Below, one piece after another: positions 41,327 through 49,505 of a stretch of DNA of 49,505 bases. Each line of letters starts with the position of its first letter. Within the stretch, counting starts at the first letter, position 1. The position numbers were made by a program, and so were the translations under genes. Source of the stretch: Candidatus Daviesbacteria bacterium (GTDB lineage: Bacteria > Patescibacteriota > Microgenomatia > Daviesbacterales > UBA10151); the NCBI GenBank assembly GCA_016183225.1, contig JACPEZ010000004.1:1-49505 (forward strand), written 5' to 3'. The notes under the pieces were generated by a model. The model did not search any database. It worked only from the letters and a program-made list of their open reading frames with translations, and was not told where the DNA came from.

Positions 41327-42131
41327 AATAATCGTAGACAGCTTCAGAAATTTTAGCAATTATCTCTCCTGCCGCGGCAGGGTCTTTTGTTTCCGATAAA
41401 ACCACTATTACAAAATCCCCCTTTGGGGAAAAAATTACCCCCGCATCATTTTCAAAAAATCCAATATCCCCTGTTTTATGGGCCACTTTTGTTCCGGGGG
41501 GCAAATACTTGGGGATCCTGTCATTAATGGTTTGTCTTGATAAAAGTTCCATCATCTGTTTCGAATACTCCTGATCAATAATTTCTCCGCGGTAAAGCTT
41601 TTCCAAAAAGGAAGCAGCCTCTTTAGCTGTGATTTTTTCCGGAATGTCCTCTGAACTGCCTAATCTATTAAGCAGAGCCAGCGCCGCATAATTATGAGAA
41701 ATAGTGATCATTTGTTCTATGGCAGATTTAATGGAGAAATTAATCATGCCGCTTTGAAACTCGGCTTCTTCTTTATCCAGATCAAATTTTTTATTTAAAA
41801 AGACAACATCTGCCACCAGGAGATCGTCCTCTTTAATTTTTCCTTCTTTGATTTGTTCAAATGCCGCCTTCATCACCCACAGCTTATACAGACTGCCGGC
41901 TTGAAATTCCTCATCTTCCTGTCTGGAAAATATTTCACCTGTTGACAAATTCTTAATATATATGCCGTATTTGCCTTCGCTATCTTTTAGCAAATCAGCT
42001 ATTTCATCTTTCAGGCCGGTTTTTTCAAAATTAAAGGTGAAAGTGTCCGACCTGCTGAAAATAACAGCCAGCAGCAGATATGCTACCAGTAAAATTAAGA
42101 GAATTTTAAAGATTTTGTAAGTCTTGATCAA
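41319..42131 (-). CDS. class A beta-lactamase-like serine hydrolase, membrane-anchored
   Basis: S-x-x-K (GSLYKL), SxN-like (ISHNYA) and KTG (HKTGD) motifs in canonical order. Confidence 0.65.
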   Translation of the reverse strand: MIKTYKIFKILLILLVAYLLLAVIFSRSDTFTFNFEKTGLKDEIADLLKDSEGKYGIYIKNLSTGEIFSRQEDEEFQAGSLYKLWVMKAAFEQIKEGKIKEDDLLVADVVFLNKKFDLDKEEAEFQSGMINFSIKSAIEQMITISHNYAALALLNRLGSSEDIPEKITAKEAASFLEKLYRGEIIDQEYSKQMMELLSRQTINDRIPKYLPPGTKVAHKTGDIGFFENDAGVIFSPKGDFVIVVLSETKDPAAAGEIIAKISEAVYDYFN

Positions 42132-42402
42132 CGCCGGTAAATTCCTGTTCCAGATCTTCCAGATTAACTGAATTTAGCTCCTGTTGCAGGCTATCGGCTG
42201 CTGCCGGAGAGGGAGAAGCTTTTGAGGATTGGCCTGCCTGTTGTCTGCTTTGGAAAAGATAAATCCCGGCAATCAACACAATCACTATGACCAGTCCCGC
42301 AATCAGCCACATGGTTTTGCCTTTGGCAGGAGTTGGAGCCGGAGCAGGAGGTGTTTGCATCATGACCGGAGCAGCCGGCGGTACCGCTACCTTGGGTTCC
42401 AT
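42106..42402 (-). CDS. hypothetical Pro/Ala-rich single-pass membrane protein (98 aa)
   Basis: ORF track. Central TM segment WLIAGLVIVIVLIAGIYLF. Start-stop coupled with ORF 42402..42992. Confidence 0.45.
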   Translation of the reverse strand: MEPKVAVPPAAPVMMQTPPAPAPTPAKGKTMWLIAGLVIVIVLIAGIYLFQSRQQAGQSSKASPSPAAADSLQQELNSVNLEDLEQEFTGVDQDLQNL

Positions 42403-42992
42403 TATTTTGGTCCTTCCCGGGCCGCCCTGATGGCTGCAGCCACTGATTGTTTGGCATCAATCACCATTTGTCTGACAGATTTAAGATCCGCGTGCAGCTT
42501 TTGCCTTAGAGCCTGCGCTTCTTCACGGGCTTTAGCTTCACCGGATATTGTCAGGGTATAATCACTGTCTGCCTGGGCTTTCACTGCCTCTGTGGCGGAT
42601 GTAATGGCGGCTTTGGCTGCAGCAATTGCATCTGTGGCGCCTACTTTAGCCTCCAGCCTGTTTAAAATAGAAGTCATTTTGTCCAGATGTTTTAGCATTT
42701 GTACCGTTTGCTTGTCATTAATCATGTTTAAATTATCGCTCACTCTGGCGGCGGCAGAGGCTTTTTTCTGATCACGGAAATTTTTGAGTTTCTCTTTCAA
42801 TGCGGCTGCCCTGGTGGCCATATTTTCTTTTCTGGTTTCAATCCGTTGGGCAATATTTTCTTTTCTTACTTCAACTCTTTCCTGTATTTTTTCTTTTCTG
42901 GTTGTGGCTGTGTCAGTAGATTCTTTGGCATAAACAGGTAGAGTAAAGCTTGCGATTAGAAGTAGCACAATGGAAAATGCTTTAATCTTCAT
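42402..42992 (-). CDS. secreted coiled-coil protein with internal RKEN(I/M)A repeats
   Basis: Signal peptide (MKIKAFSIVLLLIASFTLPVYA), then VEVRKENIAQRIETRKENMATR repeats and Ala-rich helices. Confidence 0.5.
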   Translation of the reverse strand: MKIKAFSIVLLLIASFTLPVYAKESTDTATTRKEKIQERVEVRKENIAQRIETRKENMATRAAALKEKLKNFRDQKKASAAARVSDNLNMINDKQTVQMLKHLDKMTSILNRLEAKVGATDAIAAAKAAITSATEAVKAQADSDYTLTISGEAKAREEAQALRQKLHADLKSVRQMVIDAKQSVAAAIRAAREGPK

Positions 42993-43067
42993 TAGTTAAA
43001 CTTAACAAACTTTTTACGGTTTGTCAACTGCTCCCGTAACTGGTAAAATTAAGTTCTGTCCTAATAT

Positions 43068-43331
43068 TTGTACATTGACAAATTTAGAGTTTATTTAAGC
43101 ATAATGGTTCTACATGATAGAAAGGAGTCGGAGGAATTTTGGTCAATGACAACCAAAATTCCATTAAACCAATTTGGTAAAATAAGAATTAAACAAACAA
43201 GTTTAATAGGGAAAAGAAATCCATCTTATATGGGTACATGCAGAATCGTTATTTCTGATAAAAATCTTTTTAGGAAAATAGCTGGTTGGAAGATAGGGCT
43301 TTTAGAAAATTTTACATATTTGCCCTCATAG
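43068..43331 (+). CDS. hypothetical 87-aa ORF, possibly a C-terminal fragment of a homing-endonuclease-like protein
   Basis: EEFWSMTTKIPLNQFGKIRIKQTS...YMGTCRIVISDKNLFRKIAGW resembles C-terminal regions I associate with LAGLIDADG-type proteins (from memory only). Its stop lies inside the tRNA-Arg 5' end. Confidence 0.3.
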   Translation: MYIDKFRVYLSIMVLHDRKESEEFWSMTTKIPLNQFGKIRIKQTSLIGKRNPSYMGTCRIVISDKNLFRKIAGWKIGLLENFTYLPS

Positions 43332-43394
43332 CTTAATGGATAAAGCAAGCGCGTTCTAAGCGTTAGACTGGGGGTTCGAGTCCCTCTGAGGGCG
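43322..43394 (+). tRNA. tRNA-Arg(UCU)
   Basis: Reads GCCCTCA-TA-GCTT-AATGGATA-AAGC-A-AGCGC-GTTCTAA-GCGTT-AGACT-GGGGG-TTCGAGT-CCCTC-TGAGGGC-G. Confidence 0.85.
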
Positions 43395-43396
43395 CA

Positions 43397-44155
43397 ATGG
43401 GTATATTTTCCGTTTGTTGTCTGGTTACATTTTCCTTTTTTAGTTTTAATCCTCTGCTTTCGCTGGAGCGGACTTTTGCCAAGCCGATTTATCAGATTAA
43501 AAAAATATTCAATTCTCAAACCATCGCTCCTAAAAATAGCTACACTATTGTTTTAGTTGGTGATTCCATGACCGATTATCTGGGATCCGGGCATGAGCTT
43601 AAAAAATATTTAAAAAATTACTACCCGAATAAGCAAATTGACATAGCGAATTTTTCCGTCGGTTCAACCAATATTTTGACTTTGCCTGACCGTTTGCAAA
43701 ATCTCACTAATTATAACGGCAGGATTTCCGAGCCCATTTTAAATACCGATTTTGACCTGATTATAATTGAGTCATTCGGTCACAATCCGATACCGCAGCT
43801 TTCGCAGCACAATGAAGTGATGGATCAGGCAAGGCAGATGATCAAACAAAGACAACCCTGGGCCCGCGTAGTGCTTCTGGCAACTATTGCGCCTCACGCG
43901 GATCGATATGCCGAAGGAGTGGCTAATTTAACGACCGAAGAAAGAAGGGAGTGGGCTAAGGAGCGGGCCAGTTATATCAAAAATCATATTGATTATGCAA
44001 AATCACACAAGCTTCCAGTTATTGATGCAAGAGGAGGAGGAAATATTGATTACATAAATACCAATGATTTTATTCATCCCTCGGTAACAGGGATAGATTT
44101 TTTAAGCCGTGAAATAGCGGATTTTATTTTCAAAAACAGAATTCTACCACTATAG
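43397..44155 (+). CDS. SGNH/GDSL-family hydrolase (secreted)
   Basis: Block I VLVGDSMTDY, block III ESFGHNP, block V DFIHPS (DxxH). Confidence 0.7.
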   Translation: MGIFSVCCLVTFSFFSFNPLLSLERTFAKPIYQIKKIFNSQTIAPKNSYTIVLVGDSMTDYLGSGHELKKYLKNYYPNKQIDIANFSVGSTNILTLPDRLQNLTNYNGRISEPILNTDFDLIIIESFGHNPIPQLSQHNEVMDQARQMIKQRQPWARVVLLATIAPHADRYAEGVANLTTEERREWAKERASYIKNHIDYAKSHKLPVIDARGGGNIDYINTNDFIHPSVTGIDFLSREIADFIFKNRILPL

Positions 44156-44196
44156 GTTGCATAATGGGGTGAAAAGTTGTATACTTTTCATCTAAT

Positions 44197-44787
44197 ATGG
44201 TAGAAAGTCCAGCAAGTTTATCCGCAAGATACGCAAGCCAAATGACAGATTTAAAGCTTCCTCATTTTGAGGAGGTTGATTTCCCTCAATCAGGAAATGT
44301 CAGAGATGTTTTTGATAATTTTCGGCTAGGTTTTCCGGAGCGTGGAGGCCCAAGGGTTTTAAGCTTAAATTTTCAAGGTGTTTCCGAAATTGCACAACCA
44401 ACATTAGAAGAACTGGCCGCAGCAATCCAAGGACTTAATGTAATCAGAATTGGAGGCAGACAAATATTTACGCGGGCAGCTAATATTTGCGATCCGTTAT
44501 CAGGAAATCTTAGCCAATTTTTGGGCGAAATAAATCTGGCAATAGCAGCCGTAAATGGAGAAGAAGCTGTAATACTGGGAAAAGAAAGTTTTGTGAGAGG
44601 TTTTTCTCCCGCATTCTTAGAATTATCTAAATTAACCGGTTGGGTTAGAGGAGCAATTTATTTACGCGACCAACTTGGAATTAGTTCCCCGGCAGCGCGA
44701 AGCAAACTTCTTGCCATGTTTCAGTTGGGAATTGTTATTGCCAGAGGGGATGTTGGTCAAAACGGAGTTGTTCATAGTCTTGTATAA
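44197..44787 (+). CDS. hypothetical protein (196 aa), Arg/Gly-rich; no confident domain
   Basis: ORF track. VLSLNFQGVSEIAQPTLEELAAAI weakly recalls STAS-like/DUF4325 strands, and the C-terminus is HTH-like (LRDQLGISSPAARSKLLAMFQLGIV). Confidence 0.45.
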   Translation: MVESPASLSARYASQMTDLKLPHFEEVDFPQSGNVRDVFDNFRLGFPERGGPRVLSLNFQGVSEIAQPTLEELAAAIQGLNVIRIGGRQIFTRAANICDPLSGNLSQFLGEINLAIAAVNGEEAVILGKESFVRGFSPAFLELSKLTGWVRGAIYLRDQLGISSPAARSKLLAMFQLGIVIARGDVGQNGVVHSLV

Positions 44788-45713
44788 ACAATTAATTTTT
44801 TCAACCCCTCTTCAAGAGAAATTTTTGGCTCCCAGCCTAATTTTTCTTTGGCTTTGGCAATATCAGGGCATCTTTTTTTAGGATCATCTTGGGGCAAGCG
44901 ATCTGCAAAAGAAATTTCAGATGTAGAATTTGTCAGTTCCTTGATCTTTTGGGCTAAACTTAAAATAGTAAACTCGTCAGGATTACCCAGATTGTAAATT
45001 TGTCCGCTGCTGCCTTTTTCCATGGCAGCTATAATTCCTTCAACCATATCCGAAACATAGCAAAAGGAGCGGGTTTGGGTGCCGTCTCCAAAAACAGGAA
45101 ATGGTTTTCCGGAAAGGGCTGCCTTGACAAATTCAATCACTACTCTGCCGTCATCAGGCATTCTCGGGCCGTAAGTATTGAAAATTCGAACAATCCTTCC
45201 GTCCAATTTTGAATGTCTGACAAAGCTGGAAACTATGGTTTCCCCGAATCTTTTGGATTCATCATAAACAGAACGCGGGCCGGTTGTTGATACATTGCCA
45301 TTGTAAGTTTCTTTTTGGGGATGTTCCAGCGGATCACCGTAAACTTCGGAGGTGGAGGCAAACAAAAATTTTGCTCCTCTTTTCAAGGCTTCTTCGGAGA
45401 GGCTCCAAGTGCCAATGGAATTGACCTGCATGGTTTCAAAAGGTAAACTCATGTAGCTTTTGGGGTTATTTTTATTGGGAGAGGCAGGAGAAGCCAGATG
45501 ATAAAGCTGGTCAAAATCCAGGTCTTCGGGAAAGGGATCCAGAGAGTTTGCTTCCACAAATTCAAAATCAGGGCTGTTTTGAAGGTGAGCAATATTATCT
45601 AAACTGCCGGTTATCAGATTATCAATGCCAAGAACCTGATGGCCGTTTTCAATCAGTTTATCGCAAAGATGACTCCCCAAAAACCCCGCCCCGCCTGTAA
45701 CAATAATTTTCAT
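44772..45713 (-). CDS. NAD-dependent epimerase/dehydratase, UDP-glucuronate decarboxylase (UXS)-like
   Basis: IIVTGGAGFLGSHLCDKL Rossmann motif, STSEVYGDP, and YDESKR (YxxxK). Confidence 0.8.
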   Translation of the reverse strand: MKIIVTGGAGFLGSHLCDKLIENGHQVLGIDNLITGSLDNIAHLQNSPDFEFVEANSLDPFPEDLDFDQLYHLASPASPNKNNPKSYMSLPFETMQVNSIGTWSLSEEALKRGAKFLFASTSEVYGDPLEHPQKETYNGNVSTTGPRSVYDESKRFGETIVSSFVRHSKLDGRIVRIFNTYGPRMPDDGRVVIEFVKAALSGKPFPVFGDGTQTRSFCYVSDMVEGIIAAMEKGSSGQIYNLGNPDEFTILSLAQKIKELTNSTSEISFADRLPQDDPKKRCPDIAKAKEKLGWEPKISLEEGLKKLIVYTRL

Positions 45714-45721
45714 TGTTTTGA

Positions 45722-46900
45722 TTATAACTTAAATCTTCTGTCAGATAAATATGGATTGGGTTTTCTTTTTATGGAAGTAGAATTTAATAAGACAGCTCGC
45801 TGCAAAGTGAAATTGCCAAATTCATTATTAACTTTATCAAGAACCTGATTAATTATTTCGTTTTTAAAAAAATTTAAAGTATAGGGAGTTTGGGGTTTTA
45901 AATTGGAAACAGACACTCCAATCATTCTGATTTTTTCTCTATTCCATAAGCAGTTAAATATTCCCCAAGCTGCTTGAAATATTTCCAGGCCGTCATTAGT
46001 GTAGGAAATAGTAGTTTGTTGACTAAGGTGGCGTATCTGTTCCACCCGAAAGGTGGAATAGATAGTTTTAGCAACCAGATTTTTGGATCGGAGGCGCATT
46101 GCCACCATTTCACAAAGTTTTAATAAAATCTGTTTAATTTCCTGCGGATTATTAGTATCATGGTTAATAGTGTGTCTGTGGCCAACTGATTTGACTTCTT
46201 CTTTCTCATAAAATGGGACTATTTGTGAATGATCTATTCCCCGACTGGCATCATATAAAAATTTGCCATAAGACTTAAAATGGAAAAGTAACATTTCCAA
46301 AGGAACCTGACGTAGTTGTTTAAAATTAAAAATACCCATTTTATTTAAACGAGCTTGAATTCTTGAACCAATTCCGCAAATCTCATCCAGCTCTATTTTG
46401 TCTAAAATTTGCATGGCTGAATGCTCGTCCGGAATTACTACCAATCCATCAGGTTTTTGTAAACTGCCTGCCAGCTTGGCCATTAATTTATTGTAGGAAA
46501 TGCCAATAGAACAAGTAATATATTCGCCTATTTCTGTTTTAATTCTTTTTTTAATTTCTTTGGCTATTTTCACTGTGCCTTCTAAAAAACACTCGTCAAT
46601 AGAAAACACCTCCAAATAGGGACTGTAGGCTTTTAGAATACCTATAAAACGCTTGGTTACCTCCAGATACTTATCCGAGTCCCCCTGAACCAAAATAATC
46701 TGCGGGCAAAGTTGGCGGGCTTCCCAAATTTGCATGCCTGTTTTAACTCCGTATTTTTTAGCTTCTACAGAAGCTGCGCCCAAGACAGTTCTTTGCATGC
46801 GGTCCCCGCCCGTTACCCCAACAGGTTTTCCCCGAAGTCTTGGATTAGCCTGTTGTTCGACTGTGGCAAAATAGCTGTTAAAGTCAATATGAAGAATCAT
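45722..46900 (-). CDS. dinB: Y-family DNA polymerase IV
   Basis: ILHIDFNSYFATVEQ, LRGKPVGV, SIDECFLE, and an HhH-like CGIGSR region. Confidence 0.85.
   Translation of the reverse strand: MILHIDFNSYFATVEQQANPRLRGKPVGVTGGDRMQRTVLGAASVEAKKYGVKTGMQIWEARQLCPQIILVQGDSDKYLEVTKRFIGILKAYSPYLEVFSIDECFLEGTVKIAKEIKKRIKTEIGEYITCSIGISYNKLMAKLAGSLQKPDGLVVIPDEHSAMQILDKIELDEICGIGSRIQARLNKMGIFNFKQLRQVPLEMLLFHFKSYGKFLYDASRGIDHSQIVPFYEKEEVKSVGHRHTINHDTNNPQEIKQILLKLCEMVAMRLRSKNLVAKTIYSTFRVEQIRHLSQQTTISYTNDGLEIFQAAWGIFNCLWNREKIRMIGVSVSNLKPQTPYTLNFFKNEIINQVLDKVNNEFGNFTLQRAVLLNSTSIKRKPNPYLSDRRFKL
46040..46058. repeat. 19-nt perfect hairpin TTCCACC-CGAAA-GGTGGAA (copy 2), inside dinB
   Basis: Identical to 40155-40173. 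Read on the minus strand it encodes STFRVEQ within DinB. Confidence 0.9.
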
Positions 46901-47129
46901 CTACTTCCTCCAAAAACCATTTCATTTTCTCTACATCAAATTTTAGTCTGTAAAAATTACCTCCGGATGAAACTGAAAAATGGTAAAATAGCGAAGCGCT
47001 GTTTTTACTGGTGTGCACCAGATTAATTTTATCTATCTTAATTTTGCGGCCGCGCCAGAAAAACAAACGGGGTTCTATGGATTTATCAAAAAAAGCCCAA
47101 GTCTTGATAGTTTCATTAATTTTTACCAT
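46884..47129 (-). CDS. small hypothetical protein translationally coupled to dinB
   Basis: 81 aa. Overlaps the dinB start by 17 nt. The EPRLFFWRGRKIKIDKI pattern recalls small proteins seen upstream of Y-family polymerase genes (from memory, unverified). Confidence 0.45.
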   Translation of the reverse strand: MVKINETIKTWAFFDKSIEPRLFFWRGRKIKIDKINLVHTSKNSASLFYHFSVSSGGNFYRLKFDVEKMKWFLEEVDDSSY

Positions 47130-48423
47130 ACTATTTCTTATATACCCAAAAATAACCCAAAGTCAAGAACCAGTTCCCAATAACAAATTTGGTATTCATA
47201 TTATTTCTCCTGTACCTAAAGAAGCTTCGGATGCAGCCAGTTTAGTCAACTCTTCCGGAGGTGACTGGGGATATGTTACTTTTTTAATCGAAAGCAAAGA
47301 CAGAAACGAGAATAAATGGCAGGAGTTTTTTAATGATTTGCGAAGGCGTCATTTAATTCCTATTGTTAGACTGGCCACCAAACCGGTTAATGAACACTGG
47401 GAGCGGCCATACGAGAAAGAATACGAAGCCTGGGCGGATTTTCTGGACAGGCTAAACTGGCCTGTTAAAAACAGGTATGTGGTCATTTATAACGAGCCAA
47501 ACCATGCCAAAGAATGGGGAAATTTTGTTGACCCCAAAAATTACGCGGAAGTATTGGATCGGACTATCACAGCGCTTAAAAACAAAAATCGAGACTTTTT
47601 TGTACTCAATGCCGGTCTGGATCAGGCCGCTCCCCATCAGCCTCCCCAATATTTTGACGAAGAATTGTTTTTGCAGGAAATGGAGAAAACTGTCCCGGGA
47701 ATTTTTAACAAACTGGATGGTTGGGTATCCCACTCTTATCCCAATCCTGCCTTTGCGGGATCCCCTAATGCTTCTGGCCGGGGAACTGTAAGGGGATGGC
47801 TCTGGGAACTTCAGCAACTTCGTAATCTGGGTCTAACTAAAAATCTGCCTGTTTTTATTACTGAAACCGGCTGGAAAAGAACCAAAGGGCTAAGTTCCGA
47901 ATTGATTGGAGAGTATTTACAAACTGCTTTTTTAAATGCCTGGAGCAGTAATCAAATTATGGCTGTCACCCCATTTTTATTAAATTATTTGGAACCCCCA
48001 TTTGTGGACTTTTCCTTTCAAGATCAGCCTCAATATAATATTATGGCAAGCATACCTAAAATAAAGGGACAGCCGGTGCAGGAAAACAAGACAGAGCTTA
48101 CAAAGGGGGAGATTTTTTCTTCCATAGTTTCCGGCCAAAGCTACACTATCTCTTTAACATTTAAAAATACAGGCCAAAGCATATGGGATCCTTCGACAAG
48201 CTCAGGACAAGTCAAGCTGGTGGCTATTCAGGGAGCTAAAGAATTGGGACTTAAAGAAGCGGCGGTTTCACAAAATGTGGAACCAAATCAGGAATACGCT
48301 TTTACCTTGAACCTGCAAGCTCCCCAAAGCGGCACTTTTCAAGTAGTCTTGAATTTATTTAACGGTAATAAGGAATTTGATACGCCGAGACTTAAATTTA
48401 CTACCGAGGTTAAAGAACCGTAA
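47077..48423 (+). CDS. secreted TIM-barrel glycoside hydrolase-like protein (GH5-like) with C-terminal Ig-like (NBR1-like) domain
   Basis: Signal anchor MDLSKKAQVLIVSLIF..., VVIYNEPNH (acid/base NEP), VFITETGW (nucleophile Glu), and C-terminal beta-rich GQSYTISLTFKNTGQSIW...FQVVLNLF. Confidence 0.6.
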   Translation: MDLSKKAQVLIVSLIFTILFLIYPKITQSQEPVPNNKFGIHIISPVPKEASDAASLVNSSGGDWGYVTFLIESKDRNENKWQEFFNDLRRRHLIPIVRLATKPVNEHWERPYEKEYEAWADFLDRLNWPVKNRYVVIYNEPNHAKEWGNFVDPKNYAEVLDRTITALKNKNRDFFVLNAGLDQAAPHQPPQYFDEELFLQEMEKTVPGIFNKLDGWVSHSYPNPAFAGSPNASGRGTVRGWLWELQQLRNLGLTKNLPVFITETGWKRTKGLSSELIGEYLQTAFLNAWSSNQIMAVTPFLLNYLEPPFVDFSFQDQPQYNIMASIPKIKGQPVQENKTELTKGEIFSSIVSGQSYTISLTFKNTGQSIWDPSTSSGQVKLVAIQGAKELGLKEAAVSQNVEPNQEYAFTLNLQAPQSGTFQVVLNLFNGNKEFDTPRLKFTTEVKEP

Positions 48424-48455
48424 AATGGAAAAAGAATTTTTCCGGGGATTATTTT

Positions 48456-48713
48456 TTGACAGTATCAGGCCCCACAGGAGAAAAAGTGATTTCGGTAAAT
48501 CTTAACAAAGAACTGGAAGCCAGATTCCTGCTGCCCGATTATGCTTTTGATTTTACGCTGCAACGACCATATTATTATCCAGTCATACTAAGACAAACCT
48601 TAAAACCGGGTATCAATATCCTGAATTTTGACTCCTTACAGCCGGATATTTTTTCCGCCATCTTACACCCGAGGCAATTTTTGCTATATTTTGATCTATT
48701 TAATCCCAGTTGA
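48456..48713 (+). CDS. hypothetical protein (85 aa)
   Basis: ORF track only (TTG start), directly downstream of the GH5-like gene. Confidence 0.3.
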   Translation: MTVSGPTGEKVISVNLNKELEARFLLPDYAFDFTLQRPYYYPVILRQTLKPGINILNFDSLQPDIFSAILHPRQFLLYFDLFNPS

Positions 48714-48809
48714 CAGAGAATATTTACTATTATATAGTGATTAAACCTGTTTAAAAGCAAATCGCAAGATGAGCTTTTACGTCAGCCTCAAAACTGATAG
48801 ACAGGTTCT

Positions 48810-49100
48810 CTAAGGATCCCGCCGCAAGGCGGGATTTTTAGTGGCATAATTCTGAAAAAGTGTGCTGTACATTAAGGCATCCTCTGCTGTCCTGTCCTCT
48901 CTGCTTCCCAGGGCTTTTTTAGTTTTTTCCATAAGGTTTTTCAGGTAACTATTCAACTTTTCATTCTCCAGTTCTTTCACCCTTTGCAGGGCTTCCTGTT
49001 TAAACCTGTTTGCCATAGCATATGAGCCTCTGTGCAAGCCCAGAGCCACCCTTTTTAAATCCATGGCCAGTGATCCAATAATCAGCATTTGACTGCTCAT
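48810..49100 (-). CDS. hypothetical helical protein (96 aa)
   Basis: ORF track. Its start overlaps the upstream gene's stop by 4 nt (ATGA). Confidence 0.5.
   Translation of the reverse strand: MSSQMLIIGSLAMDLKRVALGLHRGSYAMANRFKQEALQRVKELENEKLNSYLKNLMEKTKKALGSREDRTAEDALMYSTLFQNYATKNPALRRDP
48816..48839 (+). terminator. Rho-independent terminator-like hairpin (ATCCCGCC-GCAA-GGCGGGAT plus TTTTT)
   Basis: 8-bp GC-rich stem, tetraloop and T5 run on the plus strand. It overlaps the last codons of minus-strand ORF 48810..49100. Confidence 0.6.
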
Positions 49101-49408
49101 AAAATCTCCTGAAAAAAGAATCTGGTCAGTTCCTCGTATTTTTTTCTAATTTCCGGATCCTGTATTTCATTACTGTTATTGTTATCATTTGGCCGAATGT
49201 TAATCAGAGAATTGAAATCAATTGTTTTAGTTGCCACATCAATTCCCCCCTGATTTAATAGTATTTTCTCTCCTTCAAAATGTCTGTCCATGCCCCCGGA
49301 GCAAATTTTTCTGCCGACATCAATAACGGTTTTGATATACGTATCAAAAAATTCTCTTAAATTTTCTATTTCTTTTTTGGTAAATGGCTGCGATTTGGTA
49401 ATAATCAT
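49097..49408 (-). CDS. DUF5674-like small protein
   Basis: VIDVGRKICSGGMDRHFEGEKILL...IDFNSLINIRPNDNNNSNEIQDPEIRKK resembles the DUF5674 pattern (..AvvD.e..i.a.GG..H.d.E..Ll....IeFdSmINIRP..gNrS..v.D..ir), from memory. Confidence 0.5.
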   Translation of the reverse strand: MIITKSQPFTKKEIENLREFFDTYIKTVIDVGRKICSGGMDRHFEGEKILLNQGGIDVATKTIDFNSLINIRPNDNNNSNEIQDPEIRKKYEELTRFFFQEIL

Positions 49409-49447
49409 GCTGTAATTTTAGCACATCAAATGGTAAAATATGCTTAC

Positions 49448-49505
49448 GGTGGCTGTAGCTCAGCGGTAGAGCGTCTGTTTGTGGAACAGAAAGTGGGGGG
49501 TTCAA
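49448..49505 (+). tRNA. tRNA-His(GUG), 3'-truncated by the window edge
   Basis: Reads G(-1)-GTGGCTG-TA-GCTC-AGCGGTA-GAGC-G-TCTGT-TTGTGGA-ACAGA-AAGT-GGGGG-TTCAA... The extra 5' G is typical for tRNA-His. Confidence 0.8.

Noticed and set aside
43226-43519. 97-aa minus-strand ORF
   Set aside because: It spans tRNA-Arg(UCU) antisense and overlaps the SGNH hydrolase start, so it is likely spurious.

Overview
AT-rich bacterial chromosome fragment with compact, mostly short genes. The gene content (murT-gatD, a small RRM RNA-binding protein, DUF5674, many tiny membrane or secreted proteins) suggests a small-genome uncultivated lineage, possibly CPR/Patescibacteria-like; this is inference only. Standard genetic code: UGA is used as a stop. 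Housekeeping genes: murT/gatD, a yvcK-like gene, ahcY plus a PfkB kinase, glmS, a DEAD-box helicase, obg, typA, dinB, a UDP-glucuronate decarboxylase-like gene, an S41 peptidase and a PQQ sugar dehydrogenase. There are 10 complete tRNA genes, one edge-truncated tRNA-His and three tRNA fragments. No rRNA, CRISPR array or transposase was seen. Main findings: (1) a tRNA-Val gene is split into halves about 13.6 kb apart by an island with two tyrosine integrases, and the island carries its own complete tRNA-Val(UAC). (2) A 1.4-kb two-gene cassette (GHKL ATPase plus STAS-like DUF4325 protein) sits in the 3' end of the DEAD-box helicase gene, and a decayed second copy of the helicase tail lies on its far side. 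(3) A glmS-ribozyme-like element is separated from glmS by an antisense LAGLIDADG endonuclease remnant, and glmS appears to start at ATT. (4) A Fic gene is bracketed by two arrays of three 11-bp repeats. (5) Short repeat and hairpin families are embedded in coding regions of unrelated genes. (6) yvcK and a tRNA-Leu(CAG) are both truncated at one shared junction. All functional calls come from motif recognition by eye, not from database searches.
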